A stretch of 64,000 nt of DNA, from positions 96,001-160,000 of the IMG/VR virus record IMGVR_UViG_3300047323_000673. One strand, 5' to 3'. This stretch comes from a virus. This document shows, one piece after another, positions 10,581 through 19,779 of the stretch (its first letter is position 1; each line of letters starts with the position of its first letter). Made by a program: the position numbers and the translations under genes. The notes beneath the pieces were generated by a model. That model did no database searches, was not told the origin of the DNA, and saw only the letters and a list, made by a program, of their open reading frames with translations.

Positions 10581-11651
10581 TTAAATTTTTATTTTTTTTA
10601 CAGAAGGTTCATGATTAATATCAAGAGATGCATCTAATATATTATAGCTAGCTTCTTTTTTAAGTTCTTTATCAGTGATATGTATCAACAAATCCTCTTT
10701 AGAGATAATTCCATTAATAATGAAGTATGAAAGATGAGCCGTATTGCTCTTAAGTCCAAAAGATAAAACATCACCACCACCACTAAAATCAATTTTACTT
10801 TTAATTAAAGCATTTAATGCAGATCCATCAAAGCCAACTTTTAAAAGATTGTTTTTATTAGTGCTAATAGTGTACTCTTTCTGAAATTTCAAATAATCAA
10901 CTAAAACTTTTGAAGTTTTTTTAATTCCCCATCTTTCAACTAACACATCAATATCTTCTTGTGAAGGAAGAGTAAGAGTTACTCCTTTAATATTAATACA
11001 AGTTCCATCTTTGAGTTTTTTAATAGAATCTTCTTGAACCTTATATATTAAATTTTCGTACTTATAGCTATTAAGTGAAAATTTAGTTTCTTTATTCTGA
11101 GTCTTTTCAAGCATAAAATTTTTAAATTCTTCTTTATTTGCAGCAAAAAAATTAAGAGCATGGACCATTTCATAGTTTGGATTTTCATCAAATTTGTTTA
11201 TATTTTCTATCTTATAGAAATGATCTAAATTACCTGCTAAATAGTATTTTTTGAAGCTAGGTTCACTATAACCAGTTACTAAAGATATTTCAGATTGTGC
11301 AATTTTATTAAAATATTCTTTACCATAAAAGTTAGTAAAAGCTTCATGACATTGATTATCACCTTCCATTAACATAAATTCCCATTTAATAGGTGAAATC
11401 ATTTTAAATTGTTGTTGATATTCTTTTAATAGTGCCGTAAATAACTCGTATTTATTCTCTATTACCAAATAATGTAAAACTGAACAATCATTTTTCCCTG
11501 GCACAAATAATATATCAAATATCTCGGATTTAATATTAAAATCATTTAAAGTTGTTGTAACAAAAGATTTAAAATTATTTATATTATTCAATTTATAATC
11601 ATAATAATCGGTAGTAATGATATCAATGGCTTTTATAATTGGATTATTCAT
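10581..11651 (-). CDS. Uncharacterised family B member 2
   Basis: LPSQEDIDVLVERWGIKKTSKVL; tail VKKIKI. Confidence 0.8.
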   Translation of the reverse strand: MNNPIIKAIDIITTDYYDYKLNNINNFKSFVTTTLNDFNIKSEIFDILFVPGKNDCSVLHYLVIENKYELFTALLKEYQQQFKMISPIKWEFMLMEGDNQCHEAFTNFYGKEYFNKIAQSEISLVTGYSEPSFKKYYLAGNLDHFYKIENINKFDENPNYEMVHALNFFAANKEEFKNFMLEKTQNKETKFSLNSYKYENLIYKVQEDSIKKLKDGTCINIKGVTLTLPSQEDIDVLVERWGIKKTSKVLVDYLKFQKEYTISTNKNNLLKVGFDGSALNALIKSKIDFSGGGDVLSFGLKSNTAHLSYFIINGIISKEDLLIHITDKELKKEASYNILDASLDINHEPSVKKIKI

Positions 11652-11675
11652 TTATTTATTCCTTAAATAAGCTAT

Positions 11676-12740
11676 TTAAAGCTTCAATTTTCTTTTTATG
11701 GAATCATCATCTTGTTTATCTAGAGAAGAATCTAGAATTACACAATGTGCTTCGGTATATAGCTGTTTATTATTAATATTGGTCAACAAATCTTCTTGTT
11801 TAATTGAGCCATTAATGATCAAGTAAGAAAGTAGCTCTAAATTAGTTTTTAATCCAAAGGAAAGTGCTTTACTACAATTAATAAACTTAATCTTTTTAGT
11901 AATAAGATTAACTAATCTTTCTTCATCAAATTTAATTTTATATTTATTTTTAATACTAGGTTGAGTTAAGTATTCTTTTTGATAATTCATATAATCAGAA
12001 ATGACTTGAGATGTTTTATCTATTCCCCATTTCTCAATTAAAATTTCTAATTCTTCATTTGATGGAAGTTTTAAAATAAAAGTTTTTTCTAGCCCTTTAA
12101 TATTTACATTTAAACGACAAATTAATCTATTATATTGAAGCCAATTAGATGAACAGTTAGATAAATCAGCAGATAATTCACTAGTAAACTGTTCTTGCAT
12201 GAATTGTTTAAATTTTTCTTTATTTGAATCATAAAATGATAATGCATGAATTGTTGAACATGAAGGACTATCATACATGGATTTCATATTTTCTACTTTA
12301 AAATAATCATCTAATTTTCCATTTATATATAATTTTTTAAAGTGTTCTATATGGTACCGAGTAAAATTTGTACCACTAGCTACATTTTCAAAGTAATCAT
12401 TTCCAAAAATATTAATAAAATGTTCGTGACAATCATGACTTGGGTAAAATAATAAAAATTCCCATTTTTCAGGTTTTATTAATAAAAATTTATCTTCATA
12501 TTTATCTAATAAGTCAATAAATAAATTAATTGCGTTTTCAGAAACAATATGTTCAAGAGGAGAACAATTACTATCATCTAATTGGAACAAAAGCTCAAAA
12601 AAATCCAAAGCGCATCCATGATGTTTAGCTATAGTGGAAAATGTTTTTTCAATTTCTGTTAAAGAACAATCATCTAAATTTTTTTCAAATAAAGCTTCAG
12701 AAATCCGTTCCATTAATTTTGCGCTTGCAACATTATTCAT
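11676..12740 (-). CDS. Uncharacterised family B member 1
   Basis: LPSNEELEILIEKWGIDKTSQVISDY; tail KRKLKL. Confidence 0.8.
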   Translation of the reverse strand: MNNVASAKLMERISEALFEKNLDDCSLTEIEKTFSTIAKHHGCALDFFELLFQLDDSNCSPLEHIVSENAINLFIDLLDKYEDKFLLIKPEKWEFLLFYPSHDCHEHFINIFGNDYFENVASGTNFTRYHIEHFKKLYINGKLDDYFKVENMKSMYDSPSCSTIHALSFYDSNKEKFKQFMQEQFTSELSADLSNCSSNWLQYNRLICRLNVNIKGLEKTFILKLPSNEELEILIEKWGIDKTSQVISDYMNYQKEYLTQPSIKNKYKIKFDEERLVNLITKKIKFINCSKALSFGLKTNLELLSYLIINGSIKQEDLLTNINNKQLYTEAHCVILDSSLDKQDDDSIKRKLKL

Positions 12741-12804
12741 AATATTTTTAACTGTTATAGATTAATTATAGTTTTTTTGAAATTATTATCAACTAAACGA
12801 AAAT

Positions 12805-12832
12805 AAAAAAGCCCCATGAGGGGGCTTTTTTT
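12805..12832. terminator. Rho-independent terminator
   Basis: AAAAAAGCCCC-atgag-GGGGCTTTTTTT. Confidence 0.85.
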
Positions 12833-12853
12833 ATATTAATTCTTTATCTAGAT

Positions 12854-13198
12854 TTAACATTTAATTAATTCTGATACATCAGAAGAATGTAATTGCATGC
12901 CAGATTTATGGTAAGTAACAATATTTTCTTCTTTCTTTAAAAGAACATGCTCAAATAGATCATTTAATGCTTCTTTAACTCTTGTTGTGACAGACATATT
13001 CATAGTCAACATATTTGAGAATTTAATATAGCCGGAAAGATTTTTACAGAAATCCAAATATTTAGAATCTTCTTTTTCATGAACAAAAACCATTTGCAAA
13101 TGCTTATTAATAACATTAACTTGATTTTCGTTTAGTTCATATACAGTATTAATTTCAAACAGTCCTTGCAACCAATAACAAAATTCAATAGCTTTCAT
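12854..13198 (-). CDS. Small internally duplicated protein, FCYWLQG family
   Basis: MKAIEFCYWLQGLFE, second copy DFCKNLSGY; ends LIKC. Confidence 0.8.
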   Translation of the reverse strand: MKAIEFCYWLQGLFEINTVYELNENQVNVINKHLQMVFVHEKEDSKYLDFCKNLSGYIKFSNMLTMNMSVTTRVKEALNDLFEHVLLKKEENIVTYHKSGMQLHSSDVSELIKC

Positions 13199-13231
13199 AT
13201 TTGTTCCTTTATAAATTATTTAAAATATATT

Positions 13232-13654
13232 TTATTCATTTATTTGATGTCTAATCAGAACTAAATCATTCCCAATTAAAGACAGTTTAGTAAAATCTGT
13301 GTCTAAAGCTCCAGTTAAAGCACATGGAACAATTTCATTATAAAGATATTTTGAAAACTGTTCTTTATATTTTTTTTCAACGGGAATTCTAAAAACAATA
13401 GCATCAATGACAGTTCCAATAAATTCACCATTACTTGTTAATTGAAAACTATCTTTATTCTCATTTGAAAGTTCTTTACCAATATTTGCAAATAAACTAG
13501 TAAGAGAACCAGGAATAGTTTTCTTGATGGAATTATTCAAAACATCATCACTAACATTCATTTCATGAAACGGGATTTTTACACTTTCAAATACTAAGTT
13601 TACGATTTCATCAGAAGGATTATACTTGTGATTAAGAGAAGACTTAATATTCAT
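13232..13654 (-). CDS. Hypothetical protein
   Basis: 140 aa ORF with GGAG RBS, collinear with neighbours. Confidence 0.65.
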   Translation of the reverse strand: MNIKSSLNHKYNPSDEIVNLVFESVKIPFHEMNVSDDVLNNSIKKTIPGSLTSLFANIGKELSNENKDSFQLTSNGEFIGTVIDAIVFRIPVEKKYKEQFSKYLYNEIVPCALTGALDTDFTKLSLIGNDLVLIRHQINE

Positions 13655-13670
13655 GTTAGCTCCCGTTTAA

Positions 13671-13997
13671 TTAGCACATTGCACGATTTTCACGACTATT
13701 AGAATTACCATTATCTCGCTTAGTTGTTTTTACTTGACTAGAGATTGGAATCTGTTCTTTACAAATATTATCTAAGCGTTCTTTGATAATATTAACAACT
13801 TCTTCATTTAGAATTTCAGGCTTGCTTAATGAAAAATAACCATTTAGGAAATCACAAAAAGGATGAGGTTCATTTTCAACTTCTAGAACATTTTCTAGCT
13901 TATCTTTAATTGTTTGTGTTGCATTAATTCCAAAATAATTAGATTGATTAACCTCAATAGCACCTTTTAGAAAATAACAAAATTCAATAGATTTCAT
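13671..13997 (-). CDS. Small internally duplicated protein, FCYWLQG family
   Basis: MKSIEFCYFLKG, PFCDFLNGYF; ends RAMC. Confidence 0.8.
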   Translation of the reverse strand: MKSIEFCYFLKGAIEVNQSNYFGINATQTIKDKLENVLEVENEPHPFCDFLNGYFSLSKPEILNEEVVNIIKERLDNICKEQIPISSQVKTTKRDNGNSNSRENRAMC

Positions 13998-14007
13998 ATA
14001 TTACTCC

Positions 14008-14355
14008 TTAACACATAGCTTCAAATCGTGAATTTTGAGGACCATTATGAATATCATTAAGTTGCTTTTGTTCATTTGCAGGGTATGATGGATCAATTTC
14101 GAATTTAAAAGTATTCCTTAGCTTTTCTTTAATGATAGAAGTAGTTTCTGCATTAATAGATTCTGGTTTACCCAAAGTAAAATAACCATTTAGGAAACAG
14201 CAAAAACCATTTGGTTTAGAATCATATTGAAAAACTAAAGCTAGATGATCTTTAAGAATTTGAGTAGCTCCTTCATCAAATTCTGTATTTCCGTTAAGCT
14301 CAAAAGAGCCTTGAAGCCAATAACAAAATTGTCGTGATTGCATTAGTTTCTCCAA
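14008..14355 (-). CDS. Small internally duplicated protein, FCYWLQG family
   Basis: QFCYWLQGSFE, GFCCFLNGYF; ends EAMC. Confidence 0.8.
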   Translation of the reverse strand: MEKLMQSRQFCYWLQGSFELNGNTEFDEGATQILKDHLALVFQYDSKPNGFCCFLNGYFTLGKPESINAETTSIIKEKLRNTFKFEIDPSYPANEQKQLNDIHNGPQNSRFEAMC

Positions 14356-14420
14356 TTAAGATTTTTAAAACATGGGTTTATTTTAACATACAAAACGATT
14401 AAATAAAGTTTTTATTTCTA

Positions 14421-14732
14421 TTATTTCTCAATTATTTTAGTATCAATTGAGTCAGGGAGAAGAATTCGGCCGGCACATAAAGCACCTTCAACTTTTTGAC
14501 CTTTAGGATTTATAGCTACAAAATTCCTTCTTTGAGGAGTGCCTTCATCACAAAAGAAATTATATCCACCCATTTCAATAGATGTATAACCTTGTTTCTT
14601 CAATAATTCAATATTGTTTGCATCAGAATTAGCCATTAGTTGACTAGCAAGACCAATAATAGCTATAACTGAAAAAACTAAAATCATAGAAATAGTTTTG
14701 AATTTTTCAGCAAAAGACGGTGATATTTTCAT
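14421..14732 (-). CDS. Small membrane-anchored protein, paralog of 16158..16457
   Basis: N-terminal TM; LLKKQGY...FCDEGTPQRRNFVAINPKGQKVEGALCAG. Confidence 0.8.
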   Translation of the reverse strand: MKISPSFAEKFKTISMILVFSVIAIIGLASQLMANSDANNIELLKKQGYTSIEMGGYNFFCDEGTPQRRNFVAINPKGQKVEGALCAGRILLPDSIDTKIIEK

Positions 14733-14805
14733 AATTATCAGATTTTATTTTAATAATTAATTTTAACATAGAATAGAAAGAAAATATTCAATTTAATAGA
14801 AAATA

Positions 14806-15423
14806 TTATAATTTATTTTTTTTAATAATATCTTTATTTGTTGGCAGTTCAGAACTTAATTCCTGTTGCATTTGAAATGAAGCAATTTGATGAGGAGTAA
14901 GAATAAGTACATAATTATCTGCATCATAACTTTTAATAAGAGAATACATTTCTTTAAATCCAAGAATTGCATTAGTTAAAGAATCAATATCATGTTCAAA
15001 ATCATCATGTAATTGAGTTATAAATTTATTTAAACTTTCTATAGGATTACCATAACATTTAAATTTTCCATGAACTATCTCTGGCCCATCTTGTAAACTT
15101 TTAATAAAATTATGACTACAGAAAAAAACACCACCTATTTCTCTTGGACAATATTTTAAGGATTGAATATTATTGTAGGAACAGTCGAAATATCCATTAA
15201 CTTTATAAGGTGAACCTTTTAAAGATGTTAAACTATGTCCAGATATAGAAAAATTACCATTAATAATACCAAATTGAATAGGAATATTCTCTAGTTCATT
15301 ATTCAAGAAATTCACATTATCATCAACATCAACAGTGAGATCTTCATTAATAGTATAATTTTCAATTCCAACATCATATAACCATTGCATTATTTCAGGT
15401 TTAGTTTTAAGGAATTGACTCAT
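14806..15423 (-). CDS. LRR-like short-repeat protein (DVD...FG...G.F.CS.N..SL.G.P family) with basic tail
   Basis: Repeats SLKGSPYKVNGYFDCSYNNIQSLKYCP; ends ELSSELPTNKDIIKKNKL. Confidence 0.8.
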   Translation of the reverse strand: MSQFLKTKPEIMQWLYDVGIENYTINEDLTVDVDDNVNFLNNELENIPIQFGIINGNFSISGHSLTSLKGSPYKVNGYFDCSYNNIQSLKYCPREIGGVFFCSHNFIKSLQDGPEIVHGKFKCYGNPIESLNKFITQLHDDFEHDIDSLTNAILGFKEMYSLIKSYDADNYVLILTPHQIASFQMQQELSSELPTNKDIIKKNKL

Positions 15424-16034
15424 AATTTTATTTTTTTTGTTGTTGAATAATTCTGAATTAACTCACTATTTAACTCTTTATTTGCTTTCATTTTACTAAT
15501 AGTATTATTATCTAAATGTAAACTCCAACCTTCAATTTCACCTTGAATATTTATAGCTATTTCATAAAATTGTTCGTAATCTTTAATAATTTTTTCTTCT
15601 GTAGAAGCCCAATGTGAAAATTCATTAATGTTTGCATTAAAAATTCCACTAAAATTAACAATAGGATTGATTCCACAAGCCAAAACTCCATCTACAACAT
15701 CTGGAAGATAATCTAATAAAGAAACTTTATTTCCGTGAAAATAAAAATCACCATGTACTAATTTAGGACAATGCTTTAAAGTTACTAATTGGTTATGAGA
15801 ACAATCAAATTCACCATGCACAGTGTGAGGACAACCTTTTAATGATGTAATCTTGTTTCTACTAAAATTAAAATTACCTTTTACTATTCCAAATTGAATA
15901 GGGAATTCAGTAATAGATTTATTAAAAAGACGAACTGAATCATCAACATCAACAGTTAAGTTATTATTAATGGTATAATTCATAATACCATAATTATCTA
16001 ACCAATTTTTTATTTCTTCTTTAGTTTGAAACAT
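15420..16034 (-). CDS. LRR-like short-repeat protein, tandem paralog of 14806..15423
   Basis: SLKGCPHTVHGEFDCSHNQLVTLKHCP; ends ELNSELIQNYSTTKKIKL. Confidence 0.8.
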   Translation of the reverse strand: MFQTKEEIKNWLDNYGIMNYTINNNLTVDVDDSVRLFNKSITEFPIQFGIVKGNFNFSRNKITSLKGCPHTVHGEFDCSHNQLVTLKHCPKLVHGDFYFHGNKVSLLDYLPDVVDGVLACGINPIVNFSGIFNANINEFSHWASTEEKIIKDYEQFYEIAINIQGEIEGWSLHLDNNTISKMKANKELNSELIQNYSTTKKIKL

Positions 16035-16157
16035 TATATTTTTGGCTTGTTAGAATTTGAAATTACTTTAATTTAATCAATCTCTTAAAGTTATAATTTA
16101 TTTTAACAATTGCAAAAGAAAAATCAAAATTATAATAAATCCTATGTATTCAAAAAA

Positions 16158-16457
16158 TTATTTTTTAATAATAATTTCAATATTAATTTCATCAGAATGT
16201 ATTAGATTTCCAGCACAAATTGAACCATTAACTTCTTGGCCTTTATTATTAATAGCTTTAAAGTATCTTCTCATTGGAGTTCCTCTTTCACATAAGTAAT
16301 TAAAATCACCAATATGAATGGAGCTATATCCCCTAGACTTTAATAGTTCTTCATTCCTTTGTGGTGAATTAAACTCTGTATGAAGGTATATTACTAAATA
16401 AATAAATATAAAAATTCCGAATATAGCCCCAAAATTTAAAAACTTGGATGATTTCAT
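16158..16457 (-). CDS. Small membrane-anchored protein, paralog of 14421..14732
   Basis: TM; LLKSRGY...LCERGTPMRRYFKAINNKGQEVNGSICAG. Confidence 0.8.
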   Translation of the reverse strand: MKSSKFLNFGAIFGIFIFIYLVIYLHTEFNSPQRNEELLKSRGYSSIHIGDFNYLCERGTPMRRYFKAINNKGQEVNGSICAGNLIHSDEINIEIIIKK

Positions 16458-16684
16458 TATACTTCCTAATCAAATGTAAAATTATTATAACCTATTTTTA
16501 CATTATTTTGTTAAATTTAAACTATAATAAATTACACAATTATTGTTAAACTGTTAATTTCAAATATTAAAATTAACCAATAAATATGCATATTTTAGAC
16601 ATTTTTATTATTGACAAAATCAGCTTTATTTTTTACTTTGGATTTCATTTTGTGATTTCACGAATTAAAAGGTAAGGACTGAAC

Positions 16685-18379
16685 ATGATAAATCAGGGTG
16701 AAAGTAGAGATAAGCTAGAAACAGAATTATTTGACTCAAACGACTTTAAGGGTATGTTTGATATAGCTGCTCGCCGGCAGTTATTAATTCAAGAAAATAC
16801 TCTTTTGCTAAGTCAGTTTTATAACTTATTGAATTTAGATAACTTAAAAGAATTAGCTAAAAAAGAAAAAATAGGTAATTTTCTAGATGATTTAATCCAT
16901 TTTTTAGATACAGATCAACATTTTAATAAAGTTGAAAAAAAGAAATTTTTAAATGGTTGTGAAAATGTCTTATTTTTGCATGCTTTAATGCTAGGAAAAA
17001 ATGATTCTGCAAAATATTTAAATCAATTTAGAGTTGATAAAAGTTTATACTTAAACCGAAACTTTTTAACTAAGCGTATTAACGAAAAAAATTATGAAGT
17101 AGTAGAAAGCTTATTAGATATATCAGATAATGTAACTTATGACGAAAGTAAAGTATTAAGATTATTATATGTCAGTTTATGTCGTGACTATGAATTCTTT
17201 AAAAAACTAATTGCTAAATATAATTTTGATATAAATGCTTATGGTGATTTAGGCATTAATGATAACTTTAAAGGTAGTTTTCTACATGTATTATCATTAA
17301 TGAATGATGCTGAAGCCAATAAATTTTTTATAGATTTTATAAAAGATTATGGCTCAAAAATTAACTTTGATGTTGCATTTACAGATTCTGAAAGAGATAC
17401 AGAAATCCATGTATTAGATTTAATAATTAATAATGAACAATTAGAGACTTCAGAAAAGATGTCTCGCCTTACTACCATATTAACTTATGGTGCATTAAAC
17501 GAAAAACATGTTTCTCATTTGGCAGGTATATTGATTACTGATGCTATTATTTCTCGTTATTACAATGATCCTATATATGATGCACTATTTGCACATCAAA
17601 GCTTTAATTCAATAAGATTTAACAGAGAGGGAGTATTAAACCAACTATTAAAACTTGATAATTCTGAATTATTTACCAAACTAAGAACAGAAAGTAGCTT
17701 TACCATTAATCCAACTTCTGTAATTTTAGATAAATTTTTTAGGTTCTCATCTCCTATTCAGTCTAATCATACTCATCCATTTATACTTTGGATTAATGAT
17801 AATGCAACTAATAATAATTTTTCAGTTGATACATTATTAAGCTTAATAAAACATTATAAAAATGAATTACATGAATTAAACTTATTCCATATAAAAATGC
17901 CAACTAAAATGGCTGGAATATTAAGACAAGCTGGTGTTGCAATAGCTGAGAAAAAAGGAATTATGTCAAAAATCTTTGGTAAAGAAAAAGATTATGAAGA
18001 AAAAACGACTATTACATCTAGTTCAGATAAAAAAGTAGAACCAGCAATTGATACACCAAGTCAGTCAGGAGGTGCAATAGAAGTTAATAAACCTGTTGAT
18101 TTTAATAAGAGTTTATTCATAACAATTAAAGATGAGGAAATATCTCAATTTGTAGATAATATTGTAGTAAAAACTAATCAACTATCTAAATTAATTGATG
18201 AAGAAAATGTGGATTATACATATATAAAATGCACGCTTCCTAAATTGGTGAACACCACTATTGAGAATTATTTTAAATTTTCTGACATTAATGCTGTTGA
18301 TGCAAGAAAAAATGCTTTAATTCAAGTAAAAATGTTACAAAAAAGGGTAAATGATTTAATTGTTAAAAATCAAAATTAA
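16685..18379 (+). CDS. Large helical protein, paralog of 4988..6748
   Basis: AAGG RBS; collinear similarity to 4988..6748; C-terminal LPKLVNTTIENY...ARKNALIQVKML. Confidence 0.75.
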   Translation: MINQGESRDKLETELFDSNDFKGMFDIAARRQLLIQENTLLLSQFYNLLNLDNLKELAKKEKIGNFLDDLIHFLDTDQHFNKVEKKKFLNGCENVLFLHALMLGKNDSAKYLNQFRVDKSLYLNRNFLTKRINEKNYEVVESLLDISDNVTYDESKVLRLLYVSLCRDYEFFKKLIAKYNFDINAYGDLGINDNFKGSFLHVLSLMNDAEANKFFIDFIKDYGSKINFDVAFTDSERDTEIHVLDLIINNEQLETSEKMSRLTTILTYGALNEKHVSHLAGILITDAIISRYYNDPIYDALFAHQSFNSIRFNREGVLNQLLKLDNSELFTKLRTESSFTINPTSVILDKFFRFSSPIQSNHTHPFILWINDNATNNNFSVDTLLSLIKHYKNELHELNLFHIKMPTKMAGILRQAGVAIAEKKGIMSKIFGKEKDYEEKTTITSSSDKKVEPAIDTPSQSGGAIEVNKPVDFNKSLFITIKDEEISQFVDNIVVKTNQLSKLIDEENVDYTYIKCTLPKLVNTTIENYFKFSDINAVDARKNALIQVKMLQKRVNDLIVKNQN

Positions 18380-18492
18380 TCACCAATATTATGACCTATT
18401 GTTAAAAATCAAAATTTATTTTTAGTATTTTGAACAAAATCATAATTTTTAAGGTATAATTATTCTTATTGTTAATATGCAGCGAGATAGTT

Positions 18493-18720
18493 ATGACTTT
18501 TGACACCTTATATGTTATCGTTTATTGGATGGAATGGATTGGTATTTCTTGTGTTGGTAACACAGTGTACCCCAATAAAGAAGATGCAGAAAAACATATT
18601 GAAGAGCTAAAAAAACTTCCATCATATCGTGATGAGAAATATAAAGCTATTACTCTATCAGAGTATATTAGTGATGAACGAGAACAGGCAGTTAACGAAG
18701 TTCGCTATCCGCTTGGCTAA
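18493..18720 (+). CDS. Small hypothetical protein, paralog of next gene (start moved to ATG 18493)
   Basis: LYVIVYWMEWIG...QA.NE..YP shared with 18729..18965. Confidence 0.7.
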   Translation: MTFDTLYVIVYWMEWIGISCVGNTVYPNKEDAEKHIEELKKLPSYRDEKYKAITLSEYISDEREQAVNEVRYPLG

Positions 18721-18728
18721 AAAATATC

Positions 18729-18965
18729 ATGATAAGATTATCTGAATTATTTGTAATCATTTATTACATGGATTGGGTTGGGTTGTGCCTTGAGGGTGAT
18801 TTTGTTTATACTAGTAGAGAGCAAGCACAACAAAAAATTACTGCATTAAAAGAAACACCTTATGCTATTCAACAGAAAATTGAATATCAGGTAATGCCTT
18901 TAGATGATTATATTAATGCACAGTGTAAACAAGCAATGAATGAAGCTAAATATCCAATTCATTAA
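18729..18965 (+). CDS. Small hypothetical protein, tandem paralog
   Basis: LFVIIYYMDWVG...QAMNEAKYP. Confidence 0.7.
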   Translation: MIRLSELFVIIYYMDWVGLCLEGDFVYTSREQAQQKITALKETPYAIQQKIEYQVMPLDDYINAQCKQAMNEAKYPIH

Positions 18966-18970
18966 ATATT

Positions 18971-18992
18971 AAAGCCTCCATTTGGAGGCTTT
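18971..18992. terminator. Bidirectional terminator closing ankyrin array 2
   Basis: AAAGCCTCCA-tt-TGGAGGCTTT. Confidence 0.85.
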
Positions 18993-18995
18993 ATT

Positions 18996-19778
18996 TTATA
19001 ACTTAGGTTTTTTTGAATTCCGGTTATCATCTTTGGGAAGATTTTCTTCCAATGATTTCTTCAAATCCCTAATAGTAAATAGTTTTTCTACTTCATCATT
19101 TCCCTTTTTTACCAAAGCCTCTTTAATAACTTTATTTTTTTTAAGCTCTAGGTCAATTATTAAATACTGAAGGATCTCCATATTTTGACCATTTAGAGCA
19201 ATTTTAAATAAATCCTCTTTATGGATTTCTCTATGTGAATGATTAATAAATTTAGGAGAATTAAAATAATATTGAAGAATATTCAAATTACCATATTCAC
19301 AGGCACTATTTAGCATCTGCCCATTCATAATACTCATTTGTATAGATGGATTAGAACTAAAATTTTCTAAAATATATTCCACTATATCTAATCTGTCAAA
19401 ACAAGAAGCATTATATAAAATAAAATCATATAAAGAATTCTTATCTTTTATTTTTGGCTCATTAAATAGGTATTTAATAATATCAATATTGCCATCTCTA
19501 CAGACTTCCCTGGCATTTTCAGAAAGAATAAAAAAGTTATTAAAAGAGTCTGACCAATTCGTTGAATTAATAAAATATTTCAATATACCAATTTGGTTAT
19601 GTTCACAAGCAATAGAAAATAAATTATATGTTATATTAAATGGTTGGAAGCTAGGATTTAGTTTTTCCTTAAGTTCCAGATTAATTATTTTTTCAAAAAA
19701 CATAATATCACCATTTTTAGCAGCTTCATTAGCTTTATCTAATAATTGTTCATGGGATAGATTAAGTAATTCATCCAT
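18996..19778 (-). CDS. Ankyrin-repeat protein, array 2 (gene 17)
   Basis: AAKNGD, ACEHNQIGILKY, ACEYGNLNILQY; YLIIDLELKK...LFTIRDLKKSL; tail KKPKL. Confidence 0.9.
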   Translation of the reverse strand: MDELLNLSHEQLLDKANEAAKNGDIMFFEKIINLELKEKLNPSFQPFNITYNLFSIACEHNQIGILKYFINSTNWSDSFNNFFILSENAREVCRDGNIDIIKYLFNEPKIKDKNSLYDFILYNASCFDRLDIVEYILENFSSNPSIQMSIMNGQMLNSACEYGNLNILQYYFNSPKFINHSHREIHKEDLFKIALNGQNMEILQYLIIDLELKKNKVIKEALVKKGNDEVEKLFTIRDLKKSLEENLPKDDNRNSKKPKL

Positions 19779-19779
19779 A

